A stretch of 20,000 nucleotides of DNA from Chiloscyllium plagiosum (Eukaryota). Positions 1-10,249 of this stretch are shown here, in pieces (the stretch's first letter is position 1; every line of letters starts with the position of its first letter). The position numbers were made by a program, and so were the translations under genes. Below the pieces are notes generated by a model. It searched no databases. It had not been told where the DNA came from and saw only the letters and a program-made list of their open reading frames with translations. Location of the stretch: NCBI RefSeq assembly GCF_004010195.1, contig NC_057759.1, positions 6,983,774 through 7,003,773 of the forward strand, in the 5' to 3' direction.

Positions 1-163
1 CAGTACAGCTTTTACAGAAATGGGGTCCCTCTCCAGTCTCCATCCGACCACAGCGATTACATCTCTGAGTCACCTCGTCCAGCAGACTCGGGTACTTACC
101 ATTGTGAAGTCACGGACGGGAAGGTGTGGAAATGCAGTAATCAGCTCCATTTGTCCATCAGAC
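1..163 (+). CDS. IgSF/FCRL-like receptor, Ig-domain exon (5'-truncated by window edge)
   Basis: Frame 1 reads QYSFYRNGVPLQSPSDHSDYISESPRPADSGTYHCEVTDGKVWKCSNQLHLSIR. It has the Y-x-FYRNG C-strand and the D-x-G-x-Y-x-C F-strand motif. Phase-1 donor C|GTGAGT at 164. Confidence 0.92.
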
Positions 164-384
164 GTGAGTACCATTTATGATTGTTCGTTTCTTAGCAGTT
201 AAAGGTTCATAACAGAGACAAATTCTCATCATTCTCCACATCTCACAGCCATACATTGGTGAGCTAGAGACAAACAGCACAAAGTAATGGATGGGCCATT
301 TAGGACTGAAATGAGGAGCAATGTCTTCACCCAGAGACTGGGGAGCCTGTGGGAATAGCTGGCCCAGAAAATTATGGAAACAAA

Positions 385-590
385 TAAATGGCAACAGGCC
401 ATTTGGTTCTTCCGGCGTTTAGTGCCCATTGACAAGAATTGTGGCTGATTATCCAACTCAGTCTCCTGTCCCCTTCCTCTCTTCCTTTAGGCCCTGAAAA
501 CTCTATCCAACTCGTTCTTGAACAACATTTAATATATCAGCTCCGACCAATTTCTGTGGCAGAGAATTCCACCGGCTCAACACTAATAAT
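385..590 (-). mobile_element. Old CR1-type LINE 3' tail fragment
   Basis: Resembles the tail at 15170-15370 (AACTCTATCCAACT..., GTGGCAGAGAATT). Boundaries approximate. Confidence 0.55.
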
Positions 591-644
591 ACATTAGCCT
601 TAAAGGTGTGCACAGAAATGGTATATGGAGTTTAATCCTCACTA

Positions 645-2172
645 GTGAAAAGTGTAAAAATAGGTAAGTCCCCTGGACCGGATGGGATTTATCACAGGAT
701 TCTCTTGGAAGCCAGGGAGGAGATTGCCAAACCTTTGGCTTTGATCTTTATACCGTGATTGCCTACACAAATAGTACAGAAGACTGGAGGATAGGAGATG
801 TTGCTCCCTTTTTCAAGAAGGGAATTAGGGACCACCCTAATTATAGGTGCATGAGCCTTACTTCAGTGGTGGGTAAAGTGTTGGAAATGTTTGTAAGAGA
901 TAGGGTTTAAAATCATCTGGAGATGAACAAGTCAACACGATTTTATTAAAGGTAGGTCGTGCCTCACGAACCTTTTTGAGTTCTTTGAGAATGTGACCAA
1001 ATAGGTGGATGAGGGTAAAGTGGTTGATGTTGTGTATTTGGATTTCAGTAGGCGTTTTATAAGGTTCCCCATCCGAGGCTATTGCATAACATGCAACCAT
1101 GGAATTGAGAGTGATTTAGCAGTTTGGATCGGAAATTGGCTAGCTGCAAGAAGACAGAGGGTGGTGGTTGACGGGAAATATTCATCCTGGAGTTCGGTTA
1201 CTGTCGCGCACCACAGTGATCTGTTTTGGGGCCACTGCTGTTTGTCATCTGTACACATGACCTGGATGAGGACACAGAAGGATGAGTTAATAAATTTGCG
1301 CATGATGCTAAGGTTTGTAGAGTTGTGGATATTGACGAAGGGTGTTGTCGTTTACAGAGAGACAAACATGAGCTGCAGAGCTGGGCTGAGAGGTGGCAAG
1401 TGGAGTTAATGCAGAAAAGTGTGAGGTGATTCGTTTTTGAAGCAGTAACATGCATTTAGAGTACTGGGCTTACAGTATGATTCTTGTTAGTGCAGGTGAG
1501 CACAGAGACCTCGGTATTCGTGTCCATAGATCCATGGAAGTTGCCACACAGGTTGGTAGGGTCGTTAAGAAGACACATGGTGTGTTAGATTTTATTGGTA
1601 GAGGGATTGAGTTTCGGAACCAAGAGGTCATGCTGCAACTGTACAAATCTCTGGTGCGTCCATATTTGGAGTATTGCATGCAGTTCTAATCATCACATTC
1701 TCGGAAGGATGTGGAAACTTTGAAAAGGTTTCAGAGACGAATTACTAGGTTCTTGGAGGGAAGGTGTTATGAGGAAAGACGGAGTGACCTGAGGTTGTGT
1801 TTGTCAGAGAGAAGAAGGTTGAGAGGCAACTTAATTGCGACATATAAGATAATGAGAGGGTTAGATAGATTAGACAGTGAGAACCTTTTTCCCTGGATGG
1901 CGATGGCTCACACGAGGGGACATAGATTTAAATTGAGGTGTGCTAGATATGGGGCAAATGTTTGAGGTAGTTTCGTTACTCAGAGACTAGTAAGTGGAAT
2001 GCACTGCCTGCAACAATAGTAGACTAGCCAACTTTAAGGGTAATTAAATGGTCATTGGATAGGCATTTGGGCGAGAATGTAATAGTGTAGGTTAGATGGG
2101 CTTCAGACTGATTCCACAGGTTGGTGTAACATTGAGGGCCAAAGGGCCTGTACTGCGCCGTAACGTGCTATG
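645..2172 (+). mobile_element. 5'-truncated, decayed CR1/HER1-type LINE (RT region and 3' tail)
   Basis: Frameshifted RT peptides: KSPGPDGIY, EDWR, MDEGKVVDVVYLDFS, WIGNWLAARRQRVVVDG, LQLYKSLVRPYLEYCMQF. Tail GGGCCAAAGGGCCTGTACTGCG. Confidence 0.9.
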
Positions 2173-2183
2173 AAATTTGTTCG

Positions 2184-2621
2184 AGTGTAAGGTGATGCAT
2201 TTTTGAGAAGTGAAATGTAACAGGACAGTATACAGTAAATGGCAGGATCCTTGGCAGCATTGATATACAGAGGGATCTTGGGGTGCAAGTCCATTGATCC
2301 CTGAAACTGGCAGCACAAATAGATAAGGTGGTTAAGAAGGCAGATGGCAGGTTTGCCGTCATCAGTCGGACAATGAATATAATTTTGGCAAGTCATACCG
2401 CAGCTGAATAAGACTTTAGTTCCAACACATTTGGAGGATTGTTCCCTACACTATCGGAAAGATGTGGAGATTTTCGAGAGGGTGCAAAACAGGTTTACCT
2501 GAATGTTGCCTCGACTGGAGTATGTGAACTATGAGGAGATGTTGGACAAAAATGGGAGGTTTTCACGAGAACATTGCAGAGGATGAGGGGACCCAACTGG
2601 CATATGTCAAATTATGAGAAG
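2184..2621 (+). mobile_element. Old CR1-type LINE, segment 1 (continues at 4322-4430 and about 5372-5595)
   Basis: Decayed CKVMHF/RDLGVQVH/ERVQNRFT coding. It breaks at AAATTATGAGAAG (2609-2621), which recurs at 4322-4334. Confidence 0.8.
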
Positions 2622-4321
2622 AAAGTTTGCTTGCTGAGCTGGAAGGTTTGTTTTCAGATGTTTCATCACCATTCTAACTATCATCATCAGTGTGCCTCTA
2701 GTTAAGCACTGGTGTTATGTCCACTTTCTATTTATGTGTTTAGTTTTCTTTGGGTGGGTAAACTTAGAACATAGAACATTACAGCACAGTACAGGCCCTT
2801 CGGCCATTGATGTTGCACCAATTTGTGGAACCAATCTGAAGCCCATCAAACCTACACTTTTCCATTTTCATACATGTGTTTAGCCTATGACCAATTAAAT
2901 GTCCTTAAAGTTGCCGAGTCTACTACCGTTGTAGACAGGCCGTTCCATGTCTCTACTACTCTGAGTAAAGAAACTAACTCTGACATCTGTTCTATACCTA
3001 TCGCCCCTCAATTTAAAGTTATGCCGCTCGTGCTGGCTATCACCATCCGAGGAAAAGGGATCTCACTGTCCAGCCTTTCACTTTAATGAAAACAGTCTCA
3101 CATCTCTCAACATTTCTACATAAAACCTCCTCTCCATACCAGGCAACACCCTAATAAATCTCCTCTGAACTCTTTTAAAAGCTTCCACGTTCTTCCCATA
3201 TTGCGAAGATCAGAACTGTGCGCAATTCTCAAAGTGTGTCCACCCCAGAGTTTTGTACAGCTGCAGCATGACCTCATGGCTCTGAAACTCGGTCCCTCTA
3301 CAAACGCACCATATGCCTTCTTAACAACGTTATCAACCAGTGTGACAACTTTCATGAATCAATGTACATGGGCACTGAGACCTTCCTACCCATCTACACT
3401 TCCAAGAATCTTGCCATTAGCCCAGGACTCTTCACTCATGTTACTCCTTCCAATGTAAATCATCTTCCACTTTACCCCATTAAACTCCATTTGCCACCTC
3501 TCAGCCAGCTCTGCAGTGTATCTGTGTCCCTCTGTAACCCAAAACTTCCTTCTTCATTGTCCACAAATCTACCGACCTTACTAACCCATTCTTCTACGCT
3601 CTCATCCAGGTCATTTACAAAAATGACAAAACTCATTGACCTCAAAACAGATCCTTGCGGTACACCACAAGTAATTGAACTCCAGGATGAACATTTCCCA
3701 CCAACCATCACCCTCTGTCTTCTTTCAGCTAGACAATTTCTGATCCAAACCGTGTAATCACCCTCAATCCCATGCCTCCGTATTTTGTGCAATAGCCTAC
3801 ATAGGTGATGTAATTTATTCCTCTTTGCCTCAAAGGATGGTAGCTGAGGTCCCGATCGATGTGTTTATTGAAAGACATCCAGCTGAAATGCCAAGGTTTT
3901 AGGAATTCTCGTGCGTGTCTCGGTTTGGCATGTTCGTGGATGGATGTTTATCCCAGTCAAAGTGGCTTTCTTCTTCGTCAGTGTGTAAGGATAATTAGTG
4001 AGAGTGGGCCATGTCTTTTTGTGGCTAACTGATGTTCGTGTATCCTGGTGGCTAGTTTACTGCCTGTTTGTCTGAAATAGTGTTTGTTACAGTCATTCGA
4101 AGTTGAGAACTCTTAACAGTAAACATATTGATTTGGACCCCACCTACCATCTTCTGAGAAAAAGTACCGGAAATGACATCACATTCCCAAATATACCTTG
4201 TAGCTCACTGATGATGTTACTTATTATAGTGACAAAACATCTGAAAACAAACGTGCAGCTCAACGAGCAAACTTACACCCAGAATCTCAACCTGAGCTAC
4301 AAATCTTTTCAAAAATGACTA
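2622..4321 (-). mobile_element. Penelope-like element remnant with GIY-YIG endonuclease fragment and inverted terminal duplication, interrupted by a CR1
   Basis: The minus strand at about 3805-4093 reads DCNKHYFRQTGSKLATRIHEHQLATKRH...FDW...REF...NKHID, a decayed YIGQT GIY-YIG domain. 4110-4275 is an inverted copy of the ORF end and pLTR. A 13-bp direct repeat flanks the element. Confidence 0.85.
2760..3803 (-). mobile_element. CR1/HER1-type LINE 3' fragment inserted in the Penelope remnant
   Basis: Minus-strand RT peptides WIRNCLAERRQRVMVGG...GVPQGSVL...FVIFVNDLD. Tail microsatellite (AGAACAT)n at 2766-2779. Confidence 0.9.
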
Positions 4322-4429
4322 AAATTATGAGAAGCATGAATAGGCTGAAGAGTCAGTCTTTCGCCAAGGTTGGAGATGTCAAATACTAGGATATGGGCCA
4401 CAGCTTTTAGTTGACAGGAGGAAAGGTTA

Positions 4430-5370
4430 CCTCAGAGTACAAAAAACACTTAGTCAGATTGGCCAATGGACTGAGGAGTGGTAGATGGAGTTTCATTTAG
4501 ATAAATATGAGGTGGTGCATTTTAGAAACACAAATCAGAGCAGGACATATACACTGAGTGGTAAGGTCTTGAACAAAGAGACCTTTTACTGCAGGTTCAT
4601 AGCTTCTTGAAAGTGGGGTCTCAGGTTGATAGGATAATGAAAAAGGCGTTTGTTATACTTTCCTTTATTGGTCGGAGTAATGAGTATACGAGTTGAAGTT
4701 CATATTGCGGTTGTACAGGACGTTAGGAGGACTTTTGCCCAAAATGTCTATTTCCTACTCCTCGGATGCTGCCTGACCTGCTGTGCTTTTCCAGCATCAC
4801 TCTAATCTAGACTCTGATTTCCAGCATCTTTTTTCACAAGACATTAGTTCGTTTACTTTTGGAATATGTCTAATTATGGCCTCCCTTTTATAGGAAGGAT
4901 GCTGTGAAACTTGTCAGGGTATGGAAAAAATTTGCAAGGATATTGCCGGGGTTGGAGGGTTTGAGCGAGAAGGAGGGGCTGAATAGGCTGGGGATATTTT
5001 CTCTAGAGCAAGAGAGGCTGAGCGATGACTCTATACTGGTTATAAAATCATCAAGGACATGAATAGAGTAAATATACAATGGCTGTCCATAACTAGAGCA
5101 CATAGGTTTAGGATGAGAGGAGAAAAACAGGGGCAACTGTTTCACACAAAGGGTGGTACATCTCTGAAATGAGCAGCCAGAGGAAATGGTGGAGGCTGTT
5201 AAGATTGCAACAATAGAAAGGTATCTGGTTGCATATATGAATAGGTAGGGTTTAGCGGGATATGGGCCATGGACTGGCAAATGGGACTAAATTAATTTAG
5301 GATATCTCGTCGGCATGTCGAGTTGGACTGAAGGCTCTGTCTCTGTATGTGCATATCTATGACTCTATGA
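4430..5370 (+). mobile_element. CR1/HER1-type LINE 3' fragment
   Basis: Similar along its length to 9345-10218 (QMEF..DK.EV.HF region). Tail CTCTATGACTCTATGA-like. Confidence 0.85.
4727..4835 (+). mobile_element. Penelope-like terminal-repeat fragment inserted into CR1
   Basis: CTCCTCGGATGCTGCCTGACCTGCTGTGCTTTTCCAGC matches the arms of 6310-6520. Flanked by the imperfect direct repeat ACAGGACGTTAG (4715-4726) / ACAAGACATTAG (4836-4847). Confidence 0.7.
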
Positions 5371-5371
5371 A

Positions 5372-5595
5372 TCTACTCAGAATGATGCCTGGCACACACT
5401 AACAAAGCAGGTGATAGAAACAAAGACGAGAACAATGTTTAAGTGCATTTAGACAGACACTTGAATACGTAGGGAACGAAGCGATACAGACCACATGCAG
5501 CCAGATAGAATTCATATAGAATTGCATCACAGTCGTGCGCAAACATGGTGTACTGGTGGGCCTGTCCCTGTGCTGTACTGTTCTATGTCCTATGA
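5372..5595 (+). mobile_element. CR1-type 3' tail (probable end of the 2184-2621/4322-4430 element)
   Basis: TTTAAGTGCATTTAGACAG...GGGCCTGTCCCTGTGCTGTACTGTTCTATG tail. Confidence 0.7.
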
Positions 5596-5867
5596 ATTCA
5601 GAGAATCGGCTCATGTTTTGGGCTCATATCACACCATACCAGATGATTGAATCTGAATTCAGTTATAAAGGGTCCCACAACCCTTAACTACTCTCTGTGC
5701 ATTTAGAGATGAGATAGAAATGCTGGACTGCCCAATGACACTCACATCCAAAGAACGAACAGGAACAAAAAGGATATGCATTTTTATGTGGCTTTGATAA
5801 TTTTCATAGTTGAGTCTGCAATTGACTGCGCTAAACACAAGGACCTAACATTTGTCTATGTTTGCAG

Positions 5868-6152
5868 GAATTCCAGTGTCAAAACCAGAACTAATAATAC
5901 AACCCGGAAAGAAGCTCGTCGAAGGAAACATAGGATCCTTAATCTGTTCAGTTTCCAAGGGATCTCTGCCGATTTACTACCATTTCTACAAGGGCTCAAG
6001 CATGGAACTGTACTGGGAGCTTTCCAACAGCACTGAACTTGTTTACAACATAGGATCTATCAGCAGAAGGGACGAAGGGCTTTACCATTGTTCAGTGGAA
6101 AATGGGGTGACAGGACATCAGCACAGTGAAGACATAGAGATCACAGTAATAA
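5868..6152 (+). CDS. IgSF/FCRL-like receptor, C2-type Ig-domain exon
   Basis: Branch-like CTAAC at 5845, acceptor TTTGCAG, donor A|GTGAGT; 285 nt, phase 1-1. Reads IPVSKPELIIQP...LICSVSKGSLPIYYHFYK...DEGLYHCSVEN...SEDIEITVI. The PVSxP and C-x4-GS-x-PI-x-Y-x-FY patterns are typical of FCRL/PECAM-type domains. Confidence 0.95.
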
Positions 6153-6309
6153 GTGAGTTCACACGGACTCTCTTCCAAAGAGTAACTGAACCATTAAGTC
6201 AGGGGCTACTGCTGCTCGGATCAGCTCAAAGTTGGTGCTTTGTCCTTGAAGACAACAGTTTTGACTAAAGCAGAACAAAGAGGGGGGTGGTGGTGTGGGG
6301 ACAGAGAGA

Positions 6310-6520
6310 GAGGACTGCAGATGCTACAGATCATTGTCAAAACGTGTGTTTCTGGAAAAGCACAGCCTCTCAAGTAGCATCGGAGGAGCAGCAGAATCGA
6401 CGTTTCGGGCATATGTTCTTCATCAGGAATGATATGAAATGTTTATGCTCGAAACGTTGACTCTCCTGCTCCTCATATACTGTCTGACTGGCTGTACTTT
6501 TCCAGAACCACACTTTTTGA
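6310..6520. mobile_element. Palindromic Penelope-derived element (two inverted terminal-repeat copies)
   Basis: 6337-6413 and 6444-6520 are imperfect reverse complements (CTGGAAAAG/CTTTTCCAG; GAGGAGCAG/CTGCTCCTC; ACGTTTCG/CGAAACGT). Confidence 0.8.
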
Positions 6521-6545
6521 TACTGAAGTGGCACAGCCTGAGATA

Positions 6546-7330
6546 TGAGAATCATAGAGTCCTCCAGCACAGAAACAGACCGTTATGTTCCAGCTGGTCA
6601 ATGCCAAACAAAATGTCCATCCATGTGTTTGGTCCATTTCCCTGCACTTGGCCCATACCCTTCCTAGCCTTTCCTATCTATGTATTGTGGGCGGCACGGT
6701 GGCACAGTGGTTAGCACTGCTGCCTCACAGCCCGTGTCTGCGTGGGTTTCCTCCGGGTCCTCCGGTTTCCTCCCACAATCCAAAAGATGTGCAGGTCAGG
6801 TGAATTGGCCATGCTAAATTGCCCATAGTGTTAGGTAAGGGGTAAATGTAGGGGTAGGGGTATGGGTGGGTTGCGCTTCGGCGGGGCGGTGTGGACTTGT
6901 TGGGCCAAAAGGCCTGTTTCCACACTGTAAGTAATCTAAATCTAAGTAAGTAATTTATCTAAACACCTTTAAAATATTATTAATGTACCCACCTACCTCA
7001 ACCACTTACACTGGCAGCTCATTCCATATGCATACCACCCCATGTATAAAAGTTACCCCTCAGGTTCCCTTTTATTCTTTCCCGTCGAAACTTCAACTGA
7101 TGCTCTCTCCTCCTCGATTCCCCAACCCTGGGAAAAAAAAGACTGAGTGCATTCATCCTCTCATGATCATACTGACTTCTATAAGATGTCACGCTCCATC
7201 TCCTATGCTTGAAAGGGAAAAAAAAACCTTAGCTTGTCCAACCTCTTCCTTTAACTCAGACTGTTTAGTCCTGGCATCATCCTTGTAAATTTCTTCGGCA
7301 TTCTTTCCAGTTTAATAACATCTCTCCGAG
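6546..7330 (-). mobile_element. CR1-type LINE 3' fragment, interrupted by HE1-type SINE
   Basis: Reverse complement of the CR1 tail and ORF2 C-terminus (GAATCATAGAGTC start; CTGGCAGCTCATTCCAT; CCTGGCATCATCCTTGTAAAT). Confidence 0.8.
6689..6946 (+). mobile_element. HE1-type (V-SINE) tRNA-derived SINE with internal deletion
   Basis: Head GGGCGGCACGGTGGCACAGTGGTTAGCACTGCTGCCTCACAGC (A box), then V-domain CCGTGTCTGCGTGGGTTTCCTCCGGG...CTAAATTGCCC, then CR1-like tail GGGCCAAAAGGCCTGTTTCCACACTGTA with (AATCT) repeats. The B-box segment is absent. Confidence 0.9.
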
Positions 7331-7461
7331 AAAATTAATTTTTGAACACATCACATCGCTTAACTCTCTTTTAAATTCATTGCGTCAAACTGGTTCCTAC
7401 TGATCTTCTGAATCAATTGGTGAACTCCATGCATTTTGATCCCCGTGTGTTTTCTCCCCAG

Positions 7462-7764
7462 TACCTGTCACAGATGCTGAGTTGATTTCCTCCACCAACG
7501 GGACTGAGGTACACTCCGGGGAATGGCTTGTTCTCTGGTGTCGGGTCAGGGAAGGCACTGAGCCCCAGTTCATTTGGTACCGTGACAACGTGCCGCTAAG
7601 AAACGACAGTGGAAGCTACCATGTGACTGCCAATGGTGGGGAGCTGGCTATTCATTCATTTCAAAGAGACGATGTTGGGAGGTATCACTGTGCAGCAATC
7701 AACAAAGGAAGCAACAACACCATTTTTAATGTGACCAGCGACTATATAGAATTCACGCTGCGAG
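7462..7764 (+). CDS. IgSF/FCRL-like receptor, membrane-proximal Ig-domain exon
   Basis: Acceptor TTTTCTCCCCAG, donor G|GTAAAA; 303 nt, phase 1-1. Reads PVTDAELISS...LVLWCRVREGTEPQFIWYRDN...DVGRYHCAAIN...IEFTLR. Four N-glycosylation sequons (NGT, NDS, NNT, NVT). Confidence 0.94.
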
Positions 7765-7861
7765 GTAAAAGTGACAGTCGGATCGAGCATATACAGAGCA
7801 CAGAGAAAGCCATTCGGCCCATCCAGTCTGTGCTTGTCAAAAACAGCTAACCATCTCAATA

Positions 7862-7992
7862 GGGGAAGTAATGGCCTGGGTGATATTATCGTGAGTTATT
7901 GATCCAGAGACCTCACTCCTGTCCCTGGAATCCCAATTAAAATCATGCCCATTCCAGATGGTGGAACTTGGGCACAATAAAAATCTGGGATG
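7862..7992 (+). mobile_element. 5' fragment of tRNA-derived SINE (same family as 17975-18300)
   Basis: GGCCTGGGTGATATTAT...ATCCAGAGACCTCA...CAGATGGTGGAA...CAATAAAAATCTGG aligns by eye with 17975-18092. Confidence 0.65.
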
Positions 7993-8014
7993 GTAAGTTT
8001 TTTTGGGGGGATGG

Positions 8015-8470
8015 TGCAGAGGAGATTCATCAGGATATTTCCTGGGATGGAATATTTCAGCGATGAAGAGAGTTTGGATAACCTCGGGCTGTCTTGTTGG
8101 AGCGGGAAACGCTGAGGGGGGACCTGATAGAGGTTGTAAGGATAAGAGGACAAGGAGGGAGTAGGAGCTGCTCACTTCCTCCAAGGTTCAGCAACAAAGG
8201 GGGCATCATTTTAAACTGGTAGGCAGGAGACGTAGAGAGGGATTTAAGGATTGTTTCATCCAGAGGCTTGGAAAGCATTATTTGAGGTGGAAGTTGAAGG
8301 AAGAACCTTACAACCTTTAAAAAGTACTTTGATGAGCAGGTGAAGTGTCATAACATTGAAGGCTGTGGGGAGTTCGTGTGGGAAAGTGGGATTGGTATAG
8401 ATAGCTCAATGGGCAGAATTCTCCCGCACTGTGCGACCCTGGATAACTCCATAGTGGTATGGATTTAAGT
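8015..8470 (+). mobile_element. Old CR1-type LINE 3' fragment
   Basis: GTGCAGAGGAGATTCATCAGGAT...CTGAGGGGGGACCTGATAGAGG (VQRRF.R...LRGDLIE). Confidence 0.75.
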
Positions 8471-8583
8471 ATGTGTGGGGATTGGTCTGTCTGATGGTAA
8501 CTGTGTATCTCGCACAAGGGTGATGTGGTAAAACTTCCTGGTAAATTTGTTAATGTGAGCCAAATATTCTTGTCGGGTTCCAG

Positions 8584-8685
8584 CTCGGAGCTACTCCATG
8601 GAAATCACGGCGTTGCTCCTCTCAGTTCTACTGTTCGCCGGCCTGATCGTGTTGGCGTGCTTCGTTCATAGGAGAAGGCACACAG
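8584..8685 (+). CDS. Transmembrane exon
   Basis: Acceptor GTTCCAG, donor G|GTCTGT; 102 nt, phase 1-1. Reads ARSYSMEITALLLSVLLFAGLIVLACFVHRRRHT: a hydrophobic helix followed by a basic stop-transfer sequence. Confidence 0.9.
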
Positions 8686-9344
8686 GTCTGTAACCTCCAA
8701 CGGGGAACTCTGTTTAAGAATTCAGTTTTTGATTTAAGACAGAGACGAGACATTTCTTACCTAAAAGCGCTGTGTGTGTTTGGTGAGAGAGTAGTGTATG
8801 GTGGCTCATTGAACATATTCAAGGCTGAGGAGCAGATTTTTCATCGAAGAGGGACAGACAGTGAGATCAGTCATAAATTTACTGGATTGGGGAGCACAGC
8901 TAATGGAGCAAACAGTCTAATCCTGACAAGCCTATTATTAACTTCCAGTGATCTGCAGATATATTCTTAATATCAAGCACTTGCCTATCCTTTGTATTAT
9001 CTGAATATTTATTACGTCATCTGTCAGCTGAACAGGGGGAGCTGGGGGCAAGAAAGCGATGGGTCGGGAATTAGAGTAGGCTGTGTTCCTGACAGTAGGG
9101 AAGCAGAATACTCACAAAGTTAGCCCATTGCATGGGGTAGCGGTGACCATCCTTGCTCCCCCACTCTGTGTCAGAGCACCTCAGAGATGAGGAGAGACAT
9201 AAGACGATGAGAATTGGGAACATGATGAGGTCATTCAGCCCCTCAGGATGGTACTCTGTTATTTAATACAATACATCTGGATCAACTTCATTTTCCTACC
9301 ACATTCTCTTTAAACTATGACTCGTTAAAAAAGTCAATCTCAAC

Positions 9345-10218
9345 AGCAAAGAGAGTTACGTCAGAATATAACAGGATCTGGACCAGATGAGCCAATGGGC
9401 TGAGAAGTGGCAGATGGAGTTTAATTCAGATAAATGCGAGGTGCTGCATTTTGGGAAAGCAAATCTTAGCAGGACTTATACACTTAATGGTAAGTTCCTC
9501 GGTGAACAAAGAGACCTTGGAGTGCAGGTTCATAGCTCCTTGAAAGTGGAGTCGCAGGTAGATAGGATAGTGAAGAAGGCGTTTGGTTTGCTTTCCTTTA
9601 TTGGTCAGAGAATTGAGTACAGGAGTTGGGAGGTCATGTTGCAGCTGTACAGGACATCAGTTAGGTCTCGGTTGGAATATTGTGTGCAATTCTGGTCTCC
9701 TTCCTGTCTGAAAGATGTTGTGAATCTTGAAAGGGTTCAGAAAAGATTTACAAGGATGTTGCCAGGATTGGAGGGTTTCAGCTAGAGGGAGAGGCTGAAC
9801 AGGCTGGGTCTGTTTTCCCTGGAGCGTCGGAGGCTGAGGGGTGACCTTATAGAGGTTTACAAAATTATGAGAGGCATGGATAGGATAAATAGCCAAAGTC
9901 TTTTCCCTGGGATGGGGGAGTCCAGAACTAGAGGTTATTGGTTTAGGGTGAGAGGGTAAAGATATAAAAGATACATAAGGGGCAACCTTTTTACGTAGAG
10001 AGTGGTACGTGTATGGAATGAAGTGCCAGAGGAAGTGGTGGAGGCTGGTACAATTGAAACATTTAAGAGGCATTTGGATGGGTATATGAGTAGGAAGGGT
10101 TTGGAGGGATATTGGCTGGGTTCTGGCATGTGGGATTGATTGGATTGGGATATCTGGTCGGCATGGACAGGTTGAATCGAAGGGTCTGTTACCATGCTGT
10201 ACATCTCTATGACTCTAA
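9345..10218 (+). mobile_element. Relatively well-preserved CR1/HER1-type LINE 3' fragment
   Basis: ORF 9387-9785 reads QWAEKWQMEFNSDKCEVLHFG...RDLGVQVH...LEYCVQFWSP...LERVQKRFTRMLPGL. Tail CTCTATGACTCTA. Confidence 0.93.
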
Positions 10219-10249
10219 TAGATTTATTCAAATCCACCAGGTAAGCTGA

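Noticed and set aside
858..5280. Many 60-135 aa ORFs with RT-like or random peptides (also 9387-10264 and 18654-19639)
   Set aside because: They are frameshifted CR1 ORF2 debris or its antisense, not a functional RT or a retron-like system.
5852..6268. Single-exon 138-aa Ig ORF as a stand-alone gene
   Set aside because: It has no signal peptide, and good splice sites bound the Ig part (5868-6152). The rest is intron read-through.
6689..6732. tRNA gene (also 16828-16893 and about 17975-18050)
   Set aside because: These are SINE heads with no complete cloverleaf.
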